Shown here: positions 9,163 through 16,132 of the stretch, in pieces
Position numbering within the stretch: the stretch's first letter is position 1
Layout: every line of letters starts with the position of its first letter
DNA from: Prosthecochloris vibrioformis
Lineage (GTDB): Bacteria; Bacteroidota; JABWAT01
Assembly (NCBI GenBank): GCA_943371965.1
Contig: CALRWV020000001.1
Location: 284,706 to 308,705, forward strand
Length of the DNA stretch: 24,000 nt
Direction: 5' to 3'
Program-made: the position numbers and the translations under genes
The notes under the pieces: model-generated
What the model was told of the DNA's origin: nothing
The model's input: only the letters and a program-made list of their open reading frames with translations
Database searches by the model: none

Positions 9163-9510
9163 ATGAACCTAACACCAATTGCCAGAAAACTCAGAAAATC
9201 ATCAACTCCACATGAACGGATACTCTGGAAACACCTGAGAAATGCAAATCTCGATGGAATCAAATTCAGAAGACAGCAGCCAATTGATCATTACATCGTT
9301 GATTTTGTCAGCTTTGAGATCCGGTTGATCATTGAGTTGGATGGAAGTCAGCATTTTGAAAATGAATCAGACAAAATCAGGGACGAATATTTGACTCAAA
9401 ATAAATTCAGAATACTCCGTTTCTGGAACAATGAGATTACTGAAAATCTGGATAATGTACTTCAGAAAATATGGTCTGAATGTGAAAAGCTGAAATCTCC
9501 CTCACCTTAA
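9163..9510 (+). CDS. DUF559 endonuclease-domain protein (Vsr-like, PD-(D/E)xK fold)
   Basis: 115 aa. The pattern ARKLRK..T..E..LW..LRN....G.KFRRQ.PI..YIVDF.......IELDG.QH......D..R...L......ILRFWNNE is the classic DUF559 pattern. GAGGTG at 9154-9159 precedes the ATG. The last four codons and the stop (CCC TCA CCT TAA) lie inside the left TIR of element B. Confidence 0.9.
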   Translation: MNLTPIARKLRKSSTPHERILWKHLRNANLDGIKFRRQQPIDHYIVDFVSFEIRLIIELDGSQHFENESDKIRDEYLTQNKFRILRFWNNEITENLDNVLQKIWSECEKLKSPSP

Positions 9511-9824
9511 TCTCAGCCTAAGGCTGATCTGCCTTTGGCATGACTCTCCCGTCAAGGGAGAGGAGATACTTAAAAACTTTCAGTTTTCAAGAAAAAATGC
9601 AAATATGAAAAAACAAGATTGGGAACCAACAAATTAATTATTATTGAAACGAATTCTCAGATCTTCTCTCCCGACAAGGGAGAGGAGATACTTAAAAACT
9701 TTCAGTTTTTATGAAAATACAGCAAATTTAAAAAAACGAGGTTGCAAATAAATAAGATATTTTTTATGGAAGCTGGTACCCAAAAATTTCCTCTCCCCTG
9801 AGCGGGAGAGGATTAAGGTGAGGG
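9499..9824. repeat. MITE-like element copy B (326 bp): perfect 14-bp TIRs, palindrome, three GC-rich hairpins, duplicated internal module
   Basis: Left end CCCTCACCTTAATC (9499-9512) and right end GATTAAGGTGAGGG (9811-9824) are 14/14 reverse complements. 9499-9659 aligns to 8930-9090 at a constant offset of 569 with 8 substitutions. Hairpins lie at 9544-9562, 9666-9684 and 9790-9811, and the palindrome at 9513-9527. Confidence 0.8.
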
Positions 9825-9857
9825 GTTCCTTTATTCTTGGAAGTACTTTCAAATTGA

Positions 9858-10403
9858 TTATTCCGTTTTAATTTTTACTACCTTGAACTCCTTCGACTTC
9901 AGTGATATTTCAGCAACTGCTTCCGTTCTGGTTTCAAAGACTTCGGTGTTTAAAAATGATCCTCTTAATTTTGTTCTGAAAACGCAATCGGCAATCAATT
10001 TATCACCTTCTTTTGTTATGCTTAATTTGTCAGACTTCATTTCTTTGATATTCGAAATCGGGTGCTTTGACAAAACATCAGCTTTTACCTCTTCTCCAAT
10101 CCTGTTTTTGAAATCGGAATAAAACTGATCCTTTTCATAACGGAAACCGGAAGTCTTTTCAACCCAAACAGATCTCAAATCAACAGCAAGCTGATGAAAT
10201 TCACCTTCGGTATTTTTTGCAATGAATTGATCTGCCAATTTCACATTTGATTCTGAAGATTCAATTTTAAAATCAAGATCATAGGATTGAGATATTGTTT
10301 TTTCCTGCTCAGAAATTTTATTTAAAAGAGTTTGGTAGTCGTCTTTTGGGTTTGAACAGGATAAACAGAAGACTGCTAAAATAATATATGAAAATCTGAT
10401 CAC
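9858..10403 (-). CDS. Hypothetical lipoprotein (no recognised domain)
   Basis: The ORF has no ATG start. A GTG at 10403-10401 is preceded by AAGGAA and yields MIRFSYIILAVFCLSC-SNPKDD, a signal peptide plus lipobox. The TTG at 10418 in the track is the alternative. Confidence 0.65.
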   Translation of the reverse strand: MIRFSYIILAVFCLSCSNPKDDYQTLLNKISEQEKTISQSYDLDFKIESSESNVKLADQFIAKNTEGEFHQLAVDLRSVWVEKTSGFRYEKDQFYSDFKNRIGEEVKADVLSKHPISNIKEMKSDKLSITKEGDKLIADCVFRTKLRGSFLNTEVFETRTEAVAEISLKSKEFKVVKIKTE

Positions 10404-10473
10404 TGAATTTCCTTTCAAATTAAGAGTTCATTCTGAAAATAGTTTAAGATTTTTTTACGGTTTATTAATGCAT

Positions 10474-10502
10474 AATCAGCAATAATTTGGTTATTGCTGA
10501 TT
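10474..10502 (-). terminator. Perfect 12-bp-stem hairpin downstream of the 10523-11491 gene
   Basis: AATCAGCAATAA (10474-10485), loop TTTGG, TTATTGCTGATT (10491-10502). It starts 20 nt after the stop codon of the upstream minus-strand gene. There is no clear U-tract on the minus strand, so terminator function is inferred. Confidence 0.5.
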
Positions 10503-10522
10503 TTAATTGGTGTAAATTATTT

Positions 10523-11491
10523 TTACTTATCCAGGTTATTATTATATATTTCCACTGCTTTGAATATATGTTCAGAAGAATTTGTATAGGAATAATATCC
10601 ATAACATGCCGCAATAAATCCACTGATGATTATTACTGCTGAACTTGTTTTTATTGTTCTGGATTTTTCAAACTCTTCAGTTTTTGGATTATAGGTTGTA
10701 AATTCTTCTCCTTCAGTCATACCGTTTAACGCTGCAATCCCAAAAGAAGCAAATGCACACCCAACTCCATAAATCAGCATATTTCTTTTCAATTTAAATT
10801 CCGACAATTCTTTCATGGCAACAGCATCTTCTTGAAGGTACAAGGCCAAATTGCCTCCCGAATATCCCGCATCAAATAATTCAGAATTCCCGACTTTGAA
10901 ATCATAACTGAATTCCTTCCAACTTCTTGCTTTAAATGGATCTAATTGAGCATAATCATGTTCTGTAACTTTATATGTTGTTTCAACCAGTATAATTTTT
11001 GCTTTCATTTCTGATTCATAATTTGGATCATTTTTATCCAGCAGGGTTTTTACGAATTTTATTTTCTTAGAGAGGGGCAAAATGATTTCATAAGCTGACT
11101 GATCATTTGTTTGAAGTTGGGTATAGTTTTTGGGAATCAAGGGTAGGTCCAACTCACTTGTTACAGTTACAAACGTGGTACTATCATTGTTGAAAATAAC
11201 TTTAACATTGTTGTAAGTCTTGGCTTTTACACCTGCTTTACGTTCTGGGTTAATATTGGCAACAGTTTCAGTGGGAGCATTGGGATCGTATGTTGATAGT
11301 TCAATTCTTTGAACCAAATTCAAGATAATTTTTCGGTCGCCTGAAGTTGTTTTTATCCGTAAATAATTACCAAGTGTATCTTTAACTTCACAATTTATTA
11401 TTATTGATCCGTTTGTTAGATGAACAGTATCTGCTTTGGTATCGACTGATACCAACATGTAAAAGATAATTCCAAGGACAAATTTGGCCAT
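10523..11491 (-). CDS. Hypothetical exported protein with two C-terminal TM helices
   Basis: 322 aa. Signal-like N-terminus MAKFVLGIIFYMLVSVDTKA. Hydrophobic segments LIYGVGCAFASFGIAALNG and SSAVIIISGFIAACYGYYSY lie near the C-terminus. AGGAA sits upstream of the ATG. I recognise no family. Confidence 0.65.
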   Translation of the reverse strand: MAKFVLGIIFYMLVSVDTKADTVHLTNGSIIINCEVKDTLGNYLRIKTTSGDRKIILNLVQRIELSTYDPNAPTETVANINPERKAGVKAKTYNNVKVIFNNDSTTFVTVTSELDLPLIPKNYTQLQTNDQSAYEIILPLSKKIKFVKTLLDKNDPNYESEMKAKIILVETTYKVTEHDYAQLDPFKARSWKEFSYDFKVGNSELFDAGYSGGNLALYLQEDAVAMKELSEFKLKRNMLIYGVGCAFASFGIAALNGMTEGEEFTTYNPKTEEFEKSRTIKTSSAVIIISGFIAACYGYYSYTNSSEHIFKAVEIYNNNLDK

Positions 11492-11627
11492 ACTGTTCCT
11501 TTTTTTATTTCTGTCGCTGATTTATTGTTGCGAAAATACAAATTTGATAAGCCTTAATGTAGCAAGTTGGTTACAATTACCAATAATTATTTATAAGCAA
11601 GTTCCGATATTCTGCAAACCAACAGGT

Positions 11628-12155
11628 TTAGAAACTGAACCCTAATTTAATTTCCACACCATATAAAATAATCCCGCCATATTGGATTCGGTATCCGTTA
11701 TCGTTGATGAGATAATATTCTGCGCCGGAGCTTCCCAATAAAAACACATAATCAACAAAAATATCTTCTGCTATAAATGATTTGTAACCTCCATTGATAC
11801 CATATGACATAAGTGGAACGTTTTTACTGTAATAATTCAGTTCAGTATACATTGCAAAAATTCCTAAGTGGGTCCGGTATGTCAGCCCTGTTTTCAGGTA
11901 GCGTGAAACACCCAGATAAACTTCCCTGTCCAGATTGATATCAAATCTTTTCCCTTTGGCAACATCAGTGTAAATTGCCCAGTTGTCGGTCAGCAGATAT
12001 TCGTATCCGATTTTAAACCTGCTGCTGAATACTGCTCCAAAATCAAAATTAAATGAATGTGGCTTTTTCAGATTCCAGGCTTCACGGTAATCTCTGATCT
12101 GAGCAATTGAAATCTCCCAGGAAAACAGAAAGATGATCAGCAGGATTTTTTTCAT
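11628..12155 (-). CDS. Putative small outer-membrane beta-barrel protein
   Basis: 175 aa with signal peptide MKKILLIIFLFSWEISIAQ. It has alternating hydrophobic/aromatic beta-strand patterns throughout and a C-terminal GVEIKLGFSF ending in Phe, as in OM beta-barrels. Confidence 0.6.
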   Translation of the reverse strand: MKKILLIIFLFSWEISIAQIRDYREAWNLKKPHSFNFDFGAVFSSRFKIGYEYLLTDNWAIYTDVAKGKRFDINLDREVYLGVSRYLKTGLTYRTHLGIFAMYTELNYYSKNVPLMSYGINGGYKSFIAEDIFVDYVFLLGSSGAEYYLINDNGYRIQYGGIILYGVEIKLGFSF

Positions 12156-12278
12156 GGTGTATAAGTTAAGTTTATTTATTTCAAAAGCATTATGTGATGG
12201 ATTTGTGAATGAACTGAATTGTAAATGCGGACAAAATAATTTCCTGAGGAGATATTCATATAATATTAGCTATCTGAT

Positions 12279-13022
12279 TTATTCCGTGAAATTAAATTCA
12301 GTTGGAGGCAATCCGCTTGAAAGTCTTAAATCATTGTATTTCTCGATTATTGAATCTTTCACAACTTGGGATTTAGACGATAAATCGTTTCCCAACCCAA
12401 ATTCGAAAGAATCAATTAAATAAGGATGCATAAAAATAAAGGTGTAGGACCAGTCAGGTTCACGGAAGAATATTTCACCCAATGCTGTTGATGGAGATTC
12501 GTCAGCCAAACCAAGTTCTACTTCCATAACCCTCAAATATTTTGAAAGCAGTTTATAGTCTTTTGATTTGCAGATAAAATCAGTAAGTGAATTAAGTGAG
12601 CCATCAAACTGATATTCATGAAAAAAAACGGGGTTGAATGTACTGCTGTTTTTTGAATTATTCGTTATCTCTCTGAAAAATTTAATCTCTGATTGAAAGA
12701 TTTCCGAATAGACCAAATGTACTTTTTCTTTGTCCAATTTGTTGAGTTCAGCTATTCTTGATTTGGATATATATCCTGTAACAGATTCAGCTAACATGGT
12801 CTTTGAAAGATAATTGAACTTGATTGTTGAGACATAACACCAATTCTGATCAGTTGAATCTAAAAAGAAAAATAGTTCATTATTCAATATTTTATCAACA
12901 ATCTCGAAGTTGACACCTTTACCCGACCGAATGTTTACATAACCATCGGTATCATTAATCAAACCAAGTCTCATGTTTGGATATTCCAAATCCTGTGCCA
13001 TTAAAACAGGAGAGAGAATCAT
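12279..13022 (-). CDS. SH3b-like domain protein, C-terminal domain unknown
   Basis: The N-terminal GYVNIRSGKGVNFEIVDKILNNELFFFLDSTDQNWCYV resembles bacterial SH3_3 domains. The ATG start leaves only MILSPVLMAQ as a signal remnant. The frame stays open upstream to 13073 and reads like a full signal peptide, but without a canonical start. Confidence 0.6.
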   Translation of the reverse strand: MILSPVLMAQDLEYPNMRLGLINDTDGYVNIRSGKGVNFEIVDKILNNELFFFLDSTDQNWCYVSTIKFNYLSKTMLAESVTGYISKSRIAELNKLDKEKVHLVYSEIFQSEIKFFREITNNSKNSSTFNPVFFHEYQFDGSLNSLTDFICKSKDYKLLSKYLRVMEVELGLADESPSTALGEIFFREPDWSYTFIFMHPYLIDSFEFGLGNDLSSKSQVVKDSIIEKYNDLRLSSGLPPTEFNFTE

Positions 13023-13176
13023 AAACAGGATTATTTTCAGTATAATTATTTTCTCCCAATTCAGTTGATAGGTCTATAAAAAATTCTGTCTTTTCTGTGC
13101 ACCAATGATTTTATTTTTTATCTCTATTGGCAATTCAACTGTTTCAACTGAAAACGGAATTCAAGTATCCGATTTC

Positions 13177-13839
13177 CTAAAATGATCTGTTGAATTTAAC
13201 CTGAGCGATGAATTTGAGGGCATTTTCTTTCGTTCTGATATCAAACCGCATATTCTGTTCTTCATATTTATTCACCATGATCGGATCTGATTTGGTAATC
13301 CACATGAAATTCTCATGACCTTTTAAGAATACACCGCTGTAACAAAAATGATTCATGTAAATATTGTAACTGGTTCCTCCGCCGGGATTTTTTGTTATTT
13401 CGATATCTCCGGGTACAAACATTTCAAAATAAACACCAGGAATACCGCTGATTGTGGTATCTCTTAAAGCTAATATTTCTGTTTTTCTTTTCAGTCTGAT
13501 GTCGAAAAAGTCGTTTACAAATGTTCTGAAATTTTGCGCTGTTGGCTGTGCATCTGAATTCGGAATGTTTTCAAGTGGAATTGGAATTATATAATATGAC
13601 CCTACCAAATAAGCCAACATATCTTTTGGACTAAGCTGAAGGGAATTATCTCCTACCTTGTTGAAATCATAATAAAATCCGCTCTCGGTAACCTGTACAG
13701 TGTATAAATTACTCGGGTGTGCAATAACCTGACCTATCTCAGCAGAATTGGATTTTTCAAGATTCCGCTGTGAGATTTCAGAATACAATCCGCAATTAAT
13801 GAACGAGATGATGATCAAAAGGTAAATAATGTATTTCAT
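13177..13839 (-). CDS. Hypothetical lipoprotein
   Basis: 220 aa. MKYIIYLLIIISFINC-GLY is a signal peptide plus lipobox. GGAG lies 8 nt upstream of the ATG. I recognise no family. Confidence 0.7.
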   Translation of the reverse strand: MKYIIYLLIIISFINCGLYSEISQRNLEKSNSAEIGQVIAHPSNLYTVQVTESGFYYDFNKVGDNSLQLSPKDMLAYLVGSYYIIPIPLENIPNSDAQPTAQNFRTFVNDFFDIRLKRKTEILALRDTTISGIPGVYFEMFVPGDIEITKNPGGGTSYNIYMNHFCYSGVFLKGHENFMWITKSDPIMVNKYEEQNMRFDIRTKENALKFIAQVKFNRSF

Positions 13840-13936
13840 AGGACTCCAATTAAATTAACTAACAGGATCAGGTTTATTCATTTGCTTTATTTGATCCAGG
13901 GGATTGTTTATCTGCAACATTTCAAATTCAGGCATC

Positions 13937-14383
13937 TCAAAAGAAATCAAAAATTCCATTTCTGATTTTAAGCCGCACCGGAATTGCAATTGAAACATTG
14001 ACTGCTTTTCCATTGTTTTTTGCCGGTTTGAATTTGGCTTTTTCGAATGCTTTTACGACTGCCAGATCACATTCATCACACAGCTTTTTGAGGACATGAA
14101 TATTTTTCGGATTACCAAGTTTATCAACAATCATTCTGAAAACAATTGTCCCCTGAATTTCTTTCTGCAATGCATCTTTAGGATATTCAACTTTCTTCGC
14201 GATATCTGCAAAAGGTATGATGGGTTCCGGCATTTCATCAGCAAAATTATAAACAGAATCTCCAAATACGACTGTCAATGAATCATTCAGTTTCGGTATT
14301 TCGGGAGGCGGCGTAACATGGTTTGTTGACGAGCAGTTTACAGCAAATAAAATAAGAGCGACTGGAATCAACCGGGTTAACAT
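13937..14383 (-). CDS. Lipoprotein carrying a stand-alone TonB C-terminal domain
   Basis: I prefer the ATG at 14383-14381, preceded by GAGGG (reverse complement of 14389-14393), which gives MLTRLIPVALILFAVNC-SS. After a short Pro-rich linker (TPPPEIP) comes VEYPKDALQKEIQGTIVFRMIVDKLGNPKNIHVLKKLCDECDLAVVKAFEKAKFKPAKNNGKAVNVSIAIPVRLKI, the TonB_C pattern (YP..A....I.G.V...F.V...G......V......C D.EA........KF.PA..NGK.V). Confidence 0.8.
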   Translation of the reverse strand: MLTRLIPVALILFAVNCSSTNHVTPPPEIPKLNDSLTVVFGDSVYNFADEMPEPIIPFADIAKKVEYPKDALQKEIQGTIVFRMIVDKLGNPKNIHVLKKLCDECDLAVVKAFEKAKFKPAKNNGKAVNVSIAIPVRLKIRNGIFDFF

Positions 14384-14443
14384 ATTTTCCCTCAATATTT
14401 TTGTTAACTGATTTGAAGACAGATTGTAAGTATCAGTTTGATT

Positions 14444-14980
14444 TTATTCTGAAATTATAACTTTGTTAACGAACTTCCAAATTGCCTGATCATCACCAGA
14501 AAGGTAATTCGGTTTGGAAATATGGAAATCAATCCAATATCCGTTTCTGAAATAATGAATATTCCAGTTCTTTTGATTAACCGTCTGACCACCAACTTCT
14601 GGAATAATATACTCATAACTGAATCTATCTTCTTCATCACCTGTTTTCATACTGACAGCTTTTTGTGATTTCAGCAAAGGCGACATTCTGCTCCATGCAA
14701 CATCCCTGCATTCTTTTGCAGAAGATGTTCCGGCTGGAGCTGGTTCGATATAAAAAGAAAAAGTAAATTTATCAGCCCTGTTGGAAAACAGAAAATATCC
14801 GGAATCACCTGACGATGAAGATTTTTCCTGAATGATGTCAACATCTTTTCCGCTGAACATGATCATCCAGGAATGTTTTGGCAACCAGATTGAAAGAACA
14901 TCCATATTCTTGTAAATGTAGCTTGGAGAACCGCAACCTGCCAAAGATAAAAAATAAAGCAGAGGCAATACTCTTTTCAT
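14444..14980 (-). CDS. Hypothetical lipoprotein
   Basis: The internal ATG at 14980-14978 gives MKRVLPLLYFLSLAGC-GSPS, with a canonical LAGC lipobox. The track's TTG at 15073 adds an implausible 31-aa extension. I recognise no family. Confidence 0.7.
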   Translation of the reverse strand: MKRVLPLLYFLSLAGCGSPSYIYKNMDVLSIWLPKHSWMIMFSGKDVDIIQEKSSSSGDSGYFLFSNRADKFTFSFYIEPAPAGTSSAKECRDVAWSRMSPLLKSQKAVSMKTGDEEDRFSYEYIIPEVGGQTVNQKNWNIHYFRNGYWIDFHISKPNYLSGDDQAIWKFVNKVIISE

Positions 14981-15069
14981 TTTTAGTCCATATGATGTTA
15001 AGTCCATTTTTTTTCTTCCTTCCCCGGTACACACCGTAAAGTTAATAAATTTTATAACAAACCTGAAAT

Positions 15070-15356
15070 TCAATTTACCAGCTTACAGGAAAGTTCGCTG
15101 ACTATCTTGACTCTTTTTGACATGATGACCGAATTAAAGGAATCATGGTAAGTTTCATAATAAGAGAATCTGGATTCACTTACCCATTTGATTGAATCAG
15201 GATACCAGTCACTGATGTATTCACTCCAGACTCTTTCAATATTTCGATTGTTGAGAATATTTATAGTGATAGCATCTTCATTATTAAGGAAGCGAGTGCC
15301 TATTGGTGATAATAGTGGATAAATTGATAGGCTGTTGTGGGTACCGGTAGAATCAT
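15070..15356 (-). pseudogene. Possible frameshifted or start-less small gene
   Basis: A 93-codon stop-free frame runs on the minus strand from 15351 to 15073, with stop TGA at 15072-15070. It reads ...GTRFLNNEDAITINILNNRNIERVWSEYISDWYPDSIKWVSESRFSYYETYHDSFNSVIMSKRVKIVSELSCKLVN and has no ATG/GTG/TTG near its 5' end. An ATG at 15356-15354 opens an 18-codon ORF in a neighbouring frame. A stop-free run this long is unlikely by chance in AT-rich DNA. Confidence 0.3.
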
Positions 15357-15385
15357 GAATTCATAAAAATATCACATAAGTAAAT

Positions 15386-15949
15386 TTAAGTGCCTTTTAG
15401 TAATTTAAAAATCACATATATATTATAAACAGCATAAAAAGAAAATCCAATCTGATATAAATATACTGTACCTATCAACTGAGAGGAAAACATATTATTC
15501 CCTAATCCACTAACTATAGGAGTACTTTTGTTTTCCAGTGTTTTCAAAAAGAATGGATAGCATAATCCAAGTACCAATGAAATAATCAGCTTTATATTGA
15601 AAGATAATTTATTCAAATCGAATCTGGTTTGTTCAATAATTGTATAATTTGGAAAGTTGAATAGTTGGGAATAAAACACTTTTATACTTTGACTTCTTTC
15701 AATGGTACGGAAAAGTGAATTATTATTTCCAAGATCTATATAATCATTTTTATCAATGCCTAATTCAATAAAAAAGGTTTTATGATCAGCATTGTAATTG
15801 CTTCCAATGCTAAAATTTATATCCCTGAGGGTTTGTCTGTCCGAATTGATATCATAGATATAAAGTGATGCAAAAATGAGATTGATAACAGAACAAGAAA
15901 AAATAAGATAATCAAACCCGCTGATTTTATATTTCTGTATTAATTTCAA
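15386..15949 (-). CDS. Hypothetical integral membrane protein (about 3 TM)
   Basis: 187 aa with a TTG start and no nearby ATG. Hydrophobic segments are FDYLIFSCSVINLIFASLYIY, IKLIISLVLGLCYPFFL and LIGTVYLYQIGFSFYAVYNIYVIF. Very AT-rich, and I recognise no family. Confidence 0.55.
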   Translation of the reverse strand: MKLIQKYKISGFDYLIFSCSVINLIFASLYIYDINSDRQTLRDINFSIGSNYNADHKTFFIELGIDKNDYIDLGNNNSLFRTIERSQSIKVFYSQLFNFPNYTIIEQTRFDLNKLSFNIKLIISLVLGLCYPFFLKTLENKSTPIVSGLGNNMFSSQLIGTVYLYQIGFSFYAVYNIYVIFKLLKGT

Positions 15950-16132
15950 TTTTTATCCAATTTATTAATTTGATGGAACTGATTTAGATTAGTCTGGAAA
16001 AATGATATTAGTAAATATAATCAGAAAATAGAAAATTAAATTTGTGGACAGGAATCCAATAGACATCTTCACATTTCGCTGAGACAGACCGCCTGACAGC
16101 TTCCCTTATCGGATAAGTTTATAAAACCCGAT

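Noticed and set aside
8930-9824. CRISPR array
   Set aside because: The repeats are not evenly spaced short direct repeats. The units are about 120-200 bp, bounded by inverted termini and interrupted by a protein-coding gene. No cas genes are present.
15989-16066. 25-aa hydrophobic minus-strand ORF (MSIGFLSTNLIFYFLIIFTNIIFPD) between two island genes
   Set aside because: Phe/Ile/Leu-rich short ORFs arise easily by chance in DNA this AT-rich. It has no SD-like motif and no way to assess conservation. It is worth checking only if ribosome-profiling data exist.
16105-16117. 13-nt palindrome CTTATC-G-GATAAG downstream of the 409-aa gene
   Set aside because: A 6-bp-arm palindrome with a 1-nt centre cannot form a hairpin and is expected by chance several times in a window this size. 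No second copy was seen.
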